The notes under the pieces: generated by a model | Databases searched by the model: none | Told to the model about the DNA's origin: nothing | What the model saw: the letters and a program-made list of their open reading frames with translations, nothing else | From: a virus | Strand: one strand, 5' to 3' | IMG/VR virus record: IMGVR_UViG_3300045988_144013 | Length of the DNA stretch: 45,695 nucleotides | Shown: positions 16,467 to 25,730 of the stretch, piece by piece | Layout of the letters: every line of letters begins with the position of its first letter | Position numbering within the stretch: the first letter of the stretch is position 1 | Position numbers and translations under genes: made by a program

Positions 16467-18269
16467 ATGGCTAAAGCTAAATTAAAGCAAAAAGAAATTG
16501 AAACTATAGCAGCACGAGCGCCGGCAGAAACACACCCAGCAGATGGGCCGTCTTTAAAAAGCCACTGGCCAGAGAAAAGAAAACTGATTAGAAAGATGAG
16601 AGATCTTTATGAAAAAAGACTTGATTATGAAATTCGTTGGAAAGCGATTAGAGATTATCAGTTGCCGTTTATAGGCGAATTCGATAATACGGCAGATAAA
16701 ACTAATCCTGCCCGCAGACGTGATCTGGAAATTGCTCAGGGCGTTGCATGGTTGGCCGCACAAGTATTTGCTGCAGGAGTAATGAGCGGTTTAACCCCTC
16801 CTAGTCGTCAGTGGTTCAAATTAGGGTTTAGCAATAGTGCGATGAGTGGTGATATTGAAGCCACGAGAGTGTTGGATATCAGGCAAGAAATAGTATCTGC
16901 GGTGCTTTCAAAGAGTAATTTTTACAATAGCATACATTCGGTGTATCTTGAGTTGCCATTTGGACAATGCCCAATGGCAATTTTTTATGACCCGAGTACG
17001 GGTATTAGATGTGTACCTATGACTATTGGGACTTATGCTCTTGGTGTAGACGGCTTTGGCAAGGTGCAGACATTCGCTCGAAAATATGAAATGTCATTAG
17101 CACAGATAGTTGATTGTTTTGGACAGGAAAGCCTGCCTCAACATTTGCAGCAGCAAGCGACTAATGGTACTGGACTTGATAAAAAGCATACTGTCAATTG
17201 GCTTGTTGAACCAAATGACAAACGCCTGCCAGGATATATGGATAGGTTGAATATGCCTTATAGGTCTGTGTATTGGCTTGATAAATCGCAGGATAATGAA
17301 TTCTTATACGTTGGGGGGTTTGAAGAATGGGCCATACCAGTTGCAAGGTATCTTGTAAACGGGCTTGAACCGTACGCTAAAGGGCCAGGTTGGTTCGCTG
17401 AAGGCGATAGTAAAGCACTTCAGACTATGAAAAAAGATTTGCTTACAGCTATTGAGATTGGGGTTAAACCTCCAATGAAAGGACCGGCTTCGCTGCTGAA
17501 CAACGGTGGTATTAATCTTATTCCTGGCGGGATGACAGCTGTGGATGACCAGTCGCAGCAGTTCGTTCAACCGCTGTTCCAGGTCAATTTAGATATTGAC
17601 CATGCTTCTCAGGAGATCATTCGCACGGAGGACGCAATCAAAAGGCACTATAGTGCAGATTTATTTTTGATGCTTGATAGTGTTGATAACGGGCAAATGA
17701 CGGCACGCGAGGTCATGGAACGCACACAGGAAAAGTTGCAGCAGCTAGGGCCTGTAGTCGAACGGTTACAGGATGAGTTCCTAACGCCGATTATTGTTAG
17801 GATATACAACATCCTCGAAAGGTCTGGAGCATTCCCGCCGATACCACCTGAGATCCAGGAACGTATAAGCGATGAGGATATTAAAATTGAGTATATTTCC
17901 CCGTTGGCGCAAGCGCAGAAAATGAGTGGACTTGTTAATATCGAACAGGCTCTTGCTACTACGCTGCAGATGGCGCAGGCTTGGCCGGAAGTGCTCAAGA
18001 AGGTTGATCCTATAGGAACACTGTCCAAATACTTTGAAATGCTTGGTGCTCCCGCTGCTATGCAACGTAGCGACGATGATGTTAAGAAGCTTATTGAGCA
18101 AGAACAGCAGGCATTACAAGAGCAGCAACAGACGCAGGAAGCAATGGCTCTTATGCAGGCAGCAGCACCGGCAGCACAGGCGGCAAAGAACATGACTGAG
18201 GCTGCAAATGATGGTAACCCAGCTATGGCAGCTTGGTTAGGCATGGGAGGCGGCGCAGGTGAGGTATAA
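16467..18269 (+). CDS. Portal protein (podovirus head-to-tail connector type)
   Basis: 600 aa, directly after terL. Q/A-rich C-terminus. Confidence 0.85.
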   Translation: MAKAKLKQKEIETIAARAPAETHPADGPSLKSHWPEKRKLIRKMRDLYEKRLDYEIRWKAIRDYQLPFIGEFDNTADKTNPARRRDLEIAQGVAWLAAQVFAAGVMSGLTPPSRQWFKLGFSNSAMSGDIEATRVLDIRQEIVSAVLSKSNFYNSIHSVYLELPFGQCPMAIFYDPSTGIRCVPMTIGTYALGVDGFGKVQTFARKYEMSLAQIVDCFGQESLPQHLQQQATNGTGLDKKHTVNWLVEPNDKRLPGYMDRLNMPYRSVYWLDKSQDNEFLYVGGFEEWAIPVARYLVNGLEPYAKGPGWFAEGDSKALQTMKKDLLTAIEIGVKPPMKGPASLLNNGGINLIPGGMTAVDDQSQQFVQPLFQVNLDIDHASQEIIRTEDAIKRHYSADLFLMLDSVDNGQMTAREVMERTQEKLQQLGPVVERLQDEFLTPIIVRIYNILERSGAFPPIPPEIQERISDEDIKIEYISPLAQAQKMSGLVNIEQALATTLQMAQAWPEVLKKVDPIGTLSKYFEMLGAPAAMQRSDDDVKKLIEQEQQALQEQQQTQEAMALMQAAAPAAQAAKNMTEAANDGNPAMAAWLGMGGGAGEV

Positions 18270-18621
18270 GAGTATTACAGATGCGGATAGCCGGCAAGCT
18301 AAATTGCAGGCGTTCTTTCAAAGAGAGCTTCGCAAACGCGATCAGGATGCACTATCAACTATCTTAAATAGCGAAAGCGGACGCTGGTTTTTAATGCGAT
18401 TGCTTGATAAAACAAAAATCAATATAGATAGTTTTACCGGCAATTCACAGACCTTTTATAACGAGGGTATGAGAAAAGTCGGTTTATTAATTCTCGATGA
18501 TATTAAGAGTCTTGGTATTTCTGGAGTAGAGCTCAAACAAAAGGCTGAGCTTGAATATATAAAAACTCAAATCAAAGCGCAGGAAATTGCTGCCGAACAA
18601 TTGGAAGGAGACGATGACTAA
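18259..18621 (+). CDS. Bbp19-like head-module protein (tentative)
   Basis: GRWFLMRLLD...SFTGNSQTFYNEGMRKVGLLIL matches the remembered Bbp19-like pattern. GTG start. Confidence 0.4.
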   Translation: MRYKSITDADSRQAKLQAFFQRELRKRDQDALSTILNSESGRWFLMRLLDKTKINIDSFTGNSQTFYNEGMRKVGLLILDDIKSLGISGVELKQKAELEYIKTQIKAQEIAAEQLEGDDD

Positions 18622-19259
18622 TGGAAGATGTAACTAACACGAGTGCCAACGATAACACGCAGGGCACTGAAGTAGTTGAACAGCAGAAAGAGGTTCAACA
18701 GGAGACACAGTCTGCTGATACCCTTCTTGGTGGTAAAGCAGAAACTCAACCACAGGAAGAAGCTGAACCAATTGCTTATGACTTTAAAGAAACTATTTCC
18801 GCTATGGATGACTTTGAGTTCAGCCAGGAAGAGAGCGATAAGTTCGTAGAGGTCATTAAGGATATGGGGCTTAACAATGAGCAGGCTAACGCTATTGTTA
18901 AGTATGGCGGCGAATGGGGTAAAGGCATCGCAGAAGCTGCTATGAATGCTGTTATAGAGCAGCGAAATACAGAAGTTCAAAATTGGGGTGAGACTGCAAA
19001 GAAAGAACTTGGGACAGAGTTTGACAGTATCATTAGTCTTTGCGGTCTTGCGGTGGAACATGTAGAGAAAGCGGTTCCTGGTATCAGGCAGGCGTTAAAC
19101 GAAACAGGCGCAGGTAACAGAATTGAAGTTATCCGCGCTTTTTCTATGCTCGGAAAGTTTTTGGAGAGTGACCCGGGTAAAGGCGCTGGCGCTCCTGCCG
19201 CACAGGGAAGCAGCCTTGAAAAATTCTATGACAAAACAGATTTTAGTAAATTAAAATAA
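18621..19259 (+). CDS. Scaffolding protein
   Basis: Acidic 212-aa protein between the portal and capsid genes. Confidence 0.65.
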   Translation: MEDVTNTSANDNTQGTEVVEQQKEVQQETQSADTLLGGKAETQPQEEAEPIAYDFKETISAMDDFEFSQEESDKFVEVIKDMGLNNEQANAIVKYGGEWGKGIAEAAMNAVIEQRNTEVQNWGETAKKELGTEFDSIISLCGLAVEHVEKAVPGIRQALNETGAGNRIEVIRAFSMLGKFLESDPGKGAGAPAAQGSSLEKFYDKTDFSKLK

Positions 19260-19276
19260 GAGAGGATGAATGAATA

Positions 19277-20281
19277 ATGGCAGTTTTAAATCAATTGGCA
19301 TATACCTTAGCTGATTGGAGGGGAAGACTTGACCCTTCCGGAAATGTAGATGATATTATTGAGGTATTGTCTCAATCTAATCCAATTTTAGAAGAAATGA
19401 CTTTTATGGAGGGCAATCTTCCTACTGGGATCGTGACTACTCAACGTACAAAAGTTCCTGAACCTTCTATCCGTCGTATCAATACTGGTGTTCCTTATAA
19501 AAAGAGCGGAGTAAAACAGATTAATGATACGACTACTTTATACGAAAATCGTAATAAGATGGATGTAGAGCTTTTGCGTTTGCAGAATGATCCTGCAGCT
19601 TTCCGTTATAGCGAGGATCTAGCATTTGTAGCCGGCTTTGGTGATCGTATTGCTAAAGATGTTATTTATGGCGGACTTAGCGAGGTTCCGGATGAATTTA
19701 ACGGGTTCGATATCAGACATCGTTATTTTGGCAATGGTGATGATCCGACGGCTGAAGGCTATACTACTCTTAATGCTGGCGGCGGTACCAAAAATACATC
19801 TATTTATTTTGTAAATTGGGGAGAACGTACATGCTCAGGCGTGTTCCCTAAAAATGGTAGTGCTGGTTTGAAGAAAGAAGATCTTGGACAACAAACTACA
19901 ATAGCGGATGACGGAACTGAATTTGAAGCTATGATTACGAAATGGACTTGGAATGTAGGCCTGACTATTCGTGATTATAGAGCTGTAGGAGCTATTCGCA
20001 ATATTGATGCAGCACAGTTTGCATCTGCAACTTCTGCTCAAAAGCAGAAGATTATTGAGAATGTTATTCGCGTTCATGACCGGTTGAGAAATCCTGACAG
20101 TGTTATGATGTACTGTTCTCGCAGCATGTATACTCTGTTCAAACTGTGCTTGATCGATAAAAATAACGTTCATGTTGAAATGGAAACGCTGGCCAATGGC
20201 ATTAAAGTATTAAATGTAGATGGTATGCGTGTACGTAAACTTGACTGCATTCGTGAAGACGAAGCTAAAATTGAAGCGTGA
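19277..20281 (+). CDS. Major capsid protein
   Basis: 334 aa, positioned after the scaffold. Strong RBS GAGAGGATGAATGAATAATG. Confidence 0.8.
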   Translation: MAVLNQLAYTLADWRGRLDPSGNVDDIIEVLSQSNPILEEMTFMEGNLPTGIVTTQRTKVPEPSIRRINTGVPYKKSGVKQINDTTTLYENRNKMDVELLRLQNDPAAFRYSEDLAFVAGFGDRIAKDVIYGGLSEVPDEFNGFDIRHRYFGNGDDPTAEGYTTLNAGGGTKNTSIYFVNWGERTCSGVFPKNGSAGLKKEDLGQQTTIADDGTEFEAMITKWTWNVGLTIRDYRAVGAIRNIDAAQFASATSAQKQKIIENVIRVHDRLRNPDSVMMYCSRSMYTLFKLCLIDKNNVHVEMETLANGIKVLNVDGMRVRKLDCIREDEAKIEA

Positions 20282-20294
20282 GGAGTGAAAAATA

Positions 20295-20657
20295 ATGAGA
20301 TTAGATAAGGAAAATATTTTCTTTGAGAAACCTGCTGCAGAATTAGTTGACGGTGTTCTTGGCGATATTATCGCTATGGGCGGCGGAGACAGCATAAATC
20401 CAATGTGGCTTTATGTAGGACCGAAGCTTGAAAGCGGCAGTGTTGTTTTAACCTTGGAAACTGCTGATGATGAAGCGTTCAGCGAGGCTGTAGCGCTGGG
20501 AAGCTTTACTCTGGACGACAATGCTCCTGTACGAGCTAAGGTGCCTTTGGGAGTAAAAGAATACCTGCGCATCAAAGCTAGTGATTCCAGCACTCCAACT
20601 AATGCAACTGCCGATAAAATTGTTGCGGCGCTCGCTGTAGATGTGGATTTTAAATGA
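20295..20657 (+). CDS. Capsid decoration / cement protein (Bbp16-like, tentative)
   Basis: 120 aa, immediately after the capsid gene. Predicted beta-rich. Confidence 0.45.
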   Translation: MRLDKENIFFEKPAAELVDGVLGDIIAMGGGDSINPMWLYVGPKLESGSVVLTLETADDEAFSEAVALGSFTLDDNAPVRAKVPLGVKEYLRIKASDSSTPTNATADKIVAALAVDVDFK

Positions 20658-20815
20658 TTTTAGATAGTAATGGTAATACTGTAATGCCGGGTAGAAAGCT
20701 TGAAGATATGTCGGCCAATGAATTAAGAGCTAAGCTCTATAATGCCGATGTTAAATATCCGGCAAATGCCAGTAGACAAGATTTGATTAGGCTTATTAGA
20801 GAAAATATTAAATAA
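20654..20815 (+). CDS. Small HeH/SAP (Rho-N-like) domain protein (53 aa)
   Basis: MSANELRAKLYNADVKYPANASRQDLIRLIREN. ATGA overlap. Not in the ORF track. Confidence 0.5.
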   Translation: MILDSNGNTVMPGRKLEDMSANELRAKLYNADVKYPANASRQDLIRLIRENIK

Positions 20816-20852
20816 CACCTATGTAGTCATGTGACGGCTATGTACAAGCACT

Positions 20853-20881
20853 TAGGGACGTCTTTAAGGCGTCCCTATTTT
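20853..20881 (+). terminator. Rho-independent terminator after the head module
   Basis: TAGGGACG-N9-CGTCCCTA followed by TTTT. Confidence 0.7.
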
Positions 20882-20913
20882 AATAAAGAGGAAAATAACA
20901 TGGAGGTGTTTCC

Positions 20914-21507
20914 GTGATGAATAATACAGATATTTGCAATATGGCCTTGGCTTATTTAGCTAAAGGCCGCATTTCTTCTATTGATGAGAATAACGAACTT
21001 GCAAGGCAGTGCAAGCTGTTTTATGACCATAGCCGAAAAGGTCTATTGCGTGAATATAGCTGGGGCTTTGCCAAGAGGATTATTAGGCTTGCAGAACTGG
21101 ATGCTTCAAATCCTGATTGGAAGTATGTATATGCATATCCAGAAAAATGTGTGTGTGCAAGACGTATTTTTAATGAGAAAGAGACTGTAAACAGCTTGGA
21201 TAAAGATAAGTATGATTTGTTTTTGATTAGTGATAATACGCAGGCTATAGGATGTGATGTGTACCAAGCATATTTGGAGTACACATATGACGCAGAGGAT
21301 GCAGAGCTTTTCAGTTCTGATTTTGTTGAGGCGTTGGCGAGGATGTTAGCTTTTAATATTTGCTTACAGTTAAATGGCAATGGGACTATCCAGCAGACAC
21401 AATATCAACTGGCACAGGCAGCTCTTAGCAGGGCAAAATATACTACGGCCGCTGAACGTCAGGATAAGTTGGACTACCCTGATAAATACTTTACTGCGAG
21501 GATGTGA
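20914..21507 (+). CDS. Head-tail adaptor / tail tubular A-like protein
   Basis: 197 aa. First gene of the tail block, preceding the nozzle-like gene. Confidence 0.4.
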   Translation: MMNNTDICNMALAYLAKGRISSIDENNELARQCKLFYDHSRKGLLREYSWGFAKRIIRLAELDASNPDWKYVYAYPEKCVCARRIFNEKETVNSLDKDKYDLFLISDNTQAIGCDVYQAYLEYTYDAEDAELFSSDFVEALARMLAFNICLQLNGNGTIQQTQYQLAQAALSRAKYTTAAERQDKLDYPDKYFTARM

Positions 21508-21511
21508 ACTT

Positions 21512-24280
21512 ATGGCTAGAGGAAGTGGACCAAATCCTTTTTATGTACTGCAGCCGGCATTTACTGCAGGAGAGATATCTAATGCGGTAGCTAACCGCGT
21601 TGATCTGGATAAATATCAGTATGCGCTTTTGACTGCTGAGAATTGTTATATTCGCCCTTATGGGCCCGTGTATCGTCGCAGCGGAACTGTTTACTGTATT
21701 GCTACAAAATATGCTGATAAGAGATGTATTCTGGCGGGGTTTAATTTTACTGACGATATTAATTATTTGCTTGAAATAGGGGATCAGTACATCAGAATAC
21801 ATAGAAACGGGGAATATCTTGGTATAGAGATAGTAACTCCTTTTACAGAATCTGATTTGGAAAAATTAAGATTTGCTCAGTCTGCGGATGTTATATACAT
21901 TACGAGCGGTAGTTATCCGGTGAAACAATTAGCAAGATACAGCGAAACGGACTGGAAGTTTGGCGATTTTGAAATTACTCATGCTTATTTTGAAGATGAG
22001 GCTATGATGGATTTAGTTGAGAGCGCTGTTTATACGTCTCCTGGTGATTATACGTATACAGTGCCAAAAGATGGCCGCTACACAATAGAAGTTGCAGGTG
22101 CTGGTGGCGGTGGCAGCGGTGTGGCAAGGAAAGCAAGTGATAAACAAAGCTCTGGCGGGACTGGCGGCCGTGGTGGATTTTACAGTTTTGATATGGATTT
22201 GACCGAAGGTGATAGTTTTCCTGTAACCGTAGGAGCCGGAGGAAAAGGCGGAGCCGTACATTATGGAGCCGGTTATGGTAATGCTGGCGGCAACGGTGGA
22301 AGCAGTAGTGCTTTTGGCTGGGTAGCGCAAGGCGGTGGAGGAGCTACTGCGGCTTATTCAGAAGAGCATGGAGCAAAAAACGGAAGTGATGGAATCAATT
22401 ATGGCAATGGTGGCATTGGCGGTAAGAAAGGCGTTGCTTATGATGATAACAATCTTTCAGGGACAGATGGGGCAAATGGCTGGGTTACTATAGCGTTTCA
22501 GGATAATCCGAAGGTTACACCGTCCAGTACAACAGGCACTGTGACCATTACAAGCAATAGGCCTATTTTTAACGAGGGATTGATTGATGGTAATATTAGG
22601 CTGACACATGAGGTAGAATCGTCCTCGGTAGAATTAAATTTGAAAGACAATGCTACAGGAACGACTGGAGCGGTTGTCGTTGGAGAAAGCTGGAAGGTTA
22701 TTTCCGGTGGAACGTGGACTGGAAGTTTTCAAGTGCAAAAAAGTGAGGATGGTACAACGTGGAAAGAATATCGTAAATATTCTGCTACAAATAATTTTAA
22801 TGCTACTGAAAGCGGTACAGTAACAGATACAACTTATTTGAGAATAGAAGCTTCTATAACAAGCGGTGATCTGACTGTTACGCTTACTGCACTGCCGTAT
22901 ACTAAAGACGGCACAGCTAAAATAGTTAGTTATATCGACGAATATAATATTAAAGCTATGGTAAACGAACCGTTTGGTTCTACAGAAAGTACTACTACTT
23001 ATGCTTTTGGGGCTTGGAATAGCAATTTCGGTTATCCAAAAACGGTATGTTTTTTTCAAGACAGACTTTGCTTTGGTGGAAATAATAAAAGACCGTATAT
23101 GGTTTGGATGTCTAGAAGCGGTGATTATCCTAATTTTGGCGTAGAAAAGGTCAGTGGTACAGTAACAGATGATAGTGCTATTGCCGCTTCGTTTATCAGC
23201 AGGAAACAATTTGATATTTTACATTTAATTCCGTCTGTGGATTTGCTTGTTTTAACGCAGGGCAATGAATGGATCGTTTCAGGGAGCGAGGTCGTGACAC
23301 CGACGAATATCACACCGAAGATGCAAACTACCAGGGGCTGCAGCAATTGTGAGCCGCTTACAATTGGCAATAGAATTGTATTCGTACAGGGACGTGGTTC
23401 GACAGTGCGGGATATGGGCTACAGTTTTGAAACCGACAGCTATGGCGGTATGGAATTGACGATACTGGCGGGACAAATTATAAAGGGACTTTCGATTACT
23501 GATTCTGCTTATAAGCAGGAGCCGGACAGCATAATTTACTTTGTGCGCAGTGATGGTACGATAGCGTGTCTGTCTTACATAAGAGAACAGGAAGTATATG
23601 CATGGTCAAGAATTATTACTGACGGTGAATTTGAAGCTGTAGTGAATATTCCTGAAGGTGATGAGGATAGTGTATATGTTGTTGTTAAACGTGTGGTAAA
23701 TGGAGAAACTGTCCGTTATATTGAGCGGTTTGACAATAACTATGACGGTGATGCTCCGAATGATTATGTAATGCTAGATTGTGCTAAAAAGTATGATATG
23801 GATGAGGCGACTAATATTGTAACAGGGCTTGGTCACCTTGCTGGCAATAATATTACTGTTTTAGGTGATGGGCGTGTATTGAGAAATTATAAAGTGCTTG
23901 ATGACGGTACTGTTGAATTACCTATACAAATTAAACGTGCGGTTGCAGGTCTACCGTATATTATGAATATTGAGCTTCCTAATGTTGAAATTCAATTACA
24001 GGACGGAACTATGCAGGGCAGGTTTAAGCAGGTGTCAGAGGCGATTTTACGCATTGAAAATACTCTCGGCGGTGAAGTTGGTACTGAATTTGGAAATCAG
24101 GATGCTATTGCTTATGATGAATTTAGCGTTACTGAGAATATGAAATTGTATAGTGGAGATAAAACGGCAACTCCACCGGCAGGTGGGTTTGATCGTGATG
24201 GAAGACTTTGTATTACAAGTACTGAACCTTATCCGTTTAATTTGCTCAGCGTAACGAGGAAGGTGACTTTTGGTGGCTAA
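21512..24280 (+). CDS. Tail nozzle / tubular B-like protein with an inserted glycine-rich domain
   Basis: Start reset to MARGSGPNPFY. N-terminus AGEISNAVANRVDLDKYQYAL...IRPYGPVYRRSGT. 922 aa. Confidence 0.55.
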   Translation: MARGSGPNPFYVLQPAFTAGEISNAVANRVDLDKYQYALLTAENCYIRPYGPVYRRSGTVYCIATKYADKRCILAGFNFTDDINYLLEIGDQYIRIHRNGEYLGIEIVTPFTESDLEKLRFAQSADVIYITSGSYPVKQLARYSETDWKFGDFEITHAYFEDEAMMDLVESAVYTSPGDYTYTVPKDGRYTIEVAGAGGGGSGVARKASDKQSSGGTGGRGGFYSFDMDLTEGDSFPVTVGAGGKGGAVHYGAGYGNAGGNGGSSSAFGWVAQGGGGATAAYSEEHGAKNGSDGINYGNGGIGGKKGVAYDDNNLSGTDGANGWVTIAFQDNPKVTPSSTTGTVTITSNRPIFNEGLIDGNIRLTHEVESSSVELNLKDNATGTTGAVVVGESWKVISGGTWTGSFQVQKSEDGTTWKEYRKYSATNNFNATESGTVTDTTYLRIEASITSGDLTVTLTALPYTKDGTAKIVSYIDEYNIKAMVNEPFGSTESTTTYAFGAWNSNFGYPKTVCFFQDRLCFGGNNKRPYMVWMSRSGDYPNFGVEKVSGTVTDDSAIAASFISRKQFDILHLIPSVDLLVLTQGNEWIVSGSEVVTPTNITPKMQTTRGCSNCEPLTIGNRIVFVQGRGSTVRDMGYSFETDSYGGMELTILAGQIIKGLSITDSAYKQEPDSIIYFVRSDGTIACLSYIREQEVYAWSRIITDGEFEAVVNIPEGDEDSVYVVVKRVVNGETVRYIERFDNNYDGDAPNDYVMLDCAKKYDMDEATNIVTGLGHLAGNNITVLGDGRVLRNYKVLDDGTVELPIQIKRAVAGLPYIMNIELPNVEIQLQDGTMQGRFKQVSEAILRIENTLGGEVGTEFGNQDAIAYDEFSVTENMKLYSGDKTATPPAGGFDRDGRLCITSTEPYPFNLLSVTRKVTFGG

Positions 24281-24758
24281 AAAGTATAAGGTCGAATTGG
24301 CTGACGTTGATAACGCTATTGGAATTGCTGTAGCGCTGCTGAAAGATTTGAGAGATAGTGATAGGCAGGAGCTGGAAGCATATGAGGAAGACGAAATAAT
24401 GCTTGTTGCCGGTAGTATTGAAAATGCAGATCATTGTTACATTTATAAAGATATGGAAGATAACATTCTTTGTATTGTAGGATTAACTGAAATTCCAGGC
24501 GTTCAGGGTAAAGAGATTTGGATGTTGGCGACAAAAAGGATAAGCAGTTTCAAAAAAGAGCTGCTTATTTGCGTTGCCAGGCTTTTAATTTCAAAATGGG
24601 TAAAAGAATATGGACGGCTTTATAATTATGTTTACAGCGGCAATTCTGCTTCTATACGGTGGCTTGATAGGCTGGGAGCAATGTTCTTAGCTCCTATAAA
24701 AATAAAAAAGAACGGAAAAGAGTTTCTTCCGTTCGTGATTGAGGAGGGGGGTATATAA
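24270..24758 (+). CDS. Internal virion protein A-like (T7 gp13/DUF2833-like, tentative)
   Basis: GKEIWMLAT...YNYVYSGNSASIRWLDRLGAMF. Position after the nozzle gene. Non-ATG start. Confidence 0.35.
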   Translation: MVAKKYKVELADVDNAIGIAVALLKDLRDSDRQELEAYEEDEIMLVAGSIENADHCYIYKDMEDNILCIVGLTEIPGVQGKEIWMLATKRISSFKKELLICVARLLISKWVKEYGRLYNYVYSGNSASIRWLDRLGAMFLAPIKIKKNGKEFLPFVIEEGGI

Positions 24759-25394
24759 ATGTGTTTATCTGTAGGTATGATGATGGGATTGACTGCTTTG
24801 CAGGGAGTATCGCAAATAGCTGCGACGAACCAACAGGCTAAAGCGCAGCAGGCTTATTACGATGCGCAGGCACAGGCTGCAGAACAAAACGCTGATATAC
24901 AGGCAAAGAAGGGGGAGCAGATAGCGGAGCAGTACGCTTATGAGCAGCAAAAACTCAATGATCGTCGTCGCCTTGTAGCAGGTCAGCAGGCCGCCGCATT
25001 TGGCGCAGCAGGCATCAGTGGCGATATGGGGACAGCTCTTGACCTTAGTGATTCCAGCTTTAGGGCTTATAGAAAAGACAGTAACCAGCTTTTGAGTAAT
25101 CAGCGCAACGACCAATGGAGTAACTATCTTGGCGTAGTGAATTACAAGAACCAGGCTAACGCTGCAAGAGCTTCTGCTTATAACGTGAAACAACAGGCCA
25201 AGCAGCAGAATATAGGCACTATCTTGGGTACTGCTGCTGGTATTTTTGGCGCATATAAAAATTACGGCGGCAGCGGGAAAACAGGCGGTTCATCCAACGG
25301 AGGCTTTGTTTATCAGTCGCCTTATCAAAATAATTACACAAGTCCATATTCGGGCATCGCGCCACTTGGTAAATCAAAATATCCTTACTTCTAA
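24759..25394 (+). CDS. Internal virion / ejection protein (Q/A-rich)
   Basis: N-terminal TM segment and a QAxxQA-rich coiled region. Lies in the core-protein block. Confidence 0.45.
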   Translation: MCLSVGMMMGLTALQGVSQIAATNQQAKAQQAYYDAQAQAAEQNADIQAKKGEQIAEQYAYEQQKLNDRRRLVAGQQAAAFGAAGISGDMGTALDLSDSSFRAYRKDSNQLLSNQRNDQWSNYLGVVNYKNQANAARASAYNVKQQAKQQNIGTILGTAAGIFGAYKNYGGSGKTGGSSNGGFVYQSPYQNNYTSPYSGIAPLGKSKYPYF

Positions 25395-25396
25395 AC

Positions 25397-25425
25397 TTGC
25401 ATTGGTACGAAATGTATTATATAAT
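25397..25425 (+). promoter_or_regulatory. Sigma70-type promoter TTGCAT-N17-TATAAT
   Basis: Perfect -10 and 4/6 match at -35, with a 17-nt spacer, 3 bp after the preceding stop. Confidence 0.55.
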
Positions 25426-25544
25426 AAACGAAAAGAGATAGTCAGTGGTCGCACGCTGGCTCTCCCTCATAATCATAAAACGTGAAAGGAAGCCGCGCGC
25501 CACTGGTGTTAGCGGCTTATTTCATGGCTATTTACAGCCTAAAA

Positions 25545-25611
25545 TGACAATAGCTATTAATGTACTAAAAGCAATCATCAAAGACAACGCTTCATAAGTT
25601 GACAATAGCTA
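25545..25611 (+). repeat. Direct repeat TGACAATAGCTAT x2, each containing the palindrome ATAGCTAT
   Basis: Copies at 25545-25557 and 25599-25611. Confidence 0.8.
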
Positions 25612-25656
25612 TCACCCCCCGTAAGGGAAGCCAACACACTGACTATCTCGGACAAC

Positions 25657-25685
25657 ATTATAACATACCTTTAAGCGCTTAACAA
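25657..25685 (-). promoter_or_regulatory. Minus-strand promoter TTGTTA-N17-TATAAT with TG extension
   Basis: Read on the reverse complement. It would start transcription at the right arm of the 13-bp inverted repeat, convergent with the plus-strand promoter. Confidence 0.45.
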
Positions 25686-25704
25686 TTTGTTAAAGCGCTT
25701 TTTC
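25673..25704 (+). terminator. Terminator, family member 2
   Basis: AAGCGCTTAACAA / TTGTTAAAGCGCTT (one bulge) followed by TTTT. The 5' arm AGCGCTTAAC is shared with members 1 and 3. 27 nt before the next ATG. Confidence 0.65.
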
Positions 25705-25730
25705 TATACCTAAAAAGGAGGTCTAAACCT

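Larger units (their letters stand above)
25432..25704 (+). ncRNA. Candidate structured small RNA of about 270 nt (promoter to terminator)
   Basis: No credible ORF. The 13-bp perfect inverted repeat 25435-25447 / 25637-25649 forms a closing stem, extended by GGCTCTCCC / GGGAAGCC. Internal 7-bp hairpin at 25490-25518. Ends at the terminator. Confidence 0.4.

Noticed and set aside
17648-18244. 198-aa minus-strand ORF (and 17781-18101) inside the portal gene
   Set aside because: It is antisense to a confidently assigned gene. The Cys/Ser/Ala-rich translation is typical of the reverse frame of a Q/A-rich region.
25528-25578. 16-aa hydrophobic peptide called as a definite type I toxin gene
   Set aside because: It lacks a Shine-Dalgarno sequence and is shorter than most known type I toxins. 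It is kept only as one hypothesis within the non-coding-island finding.
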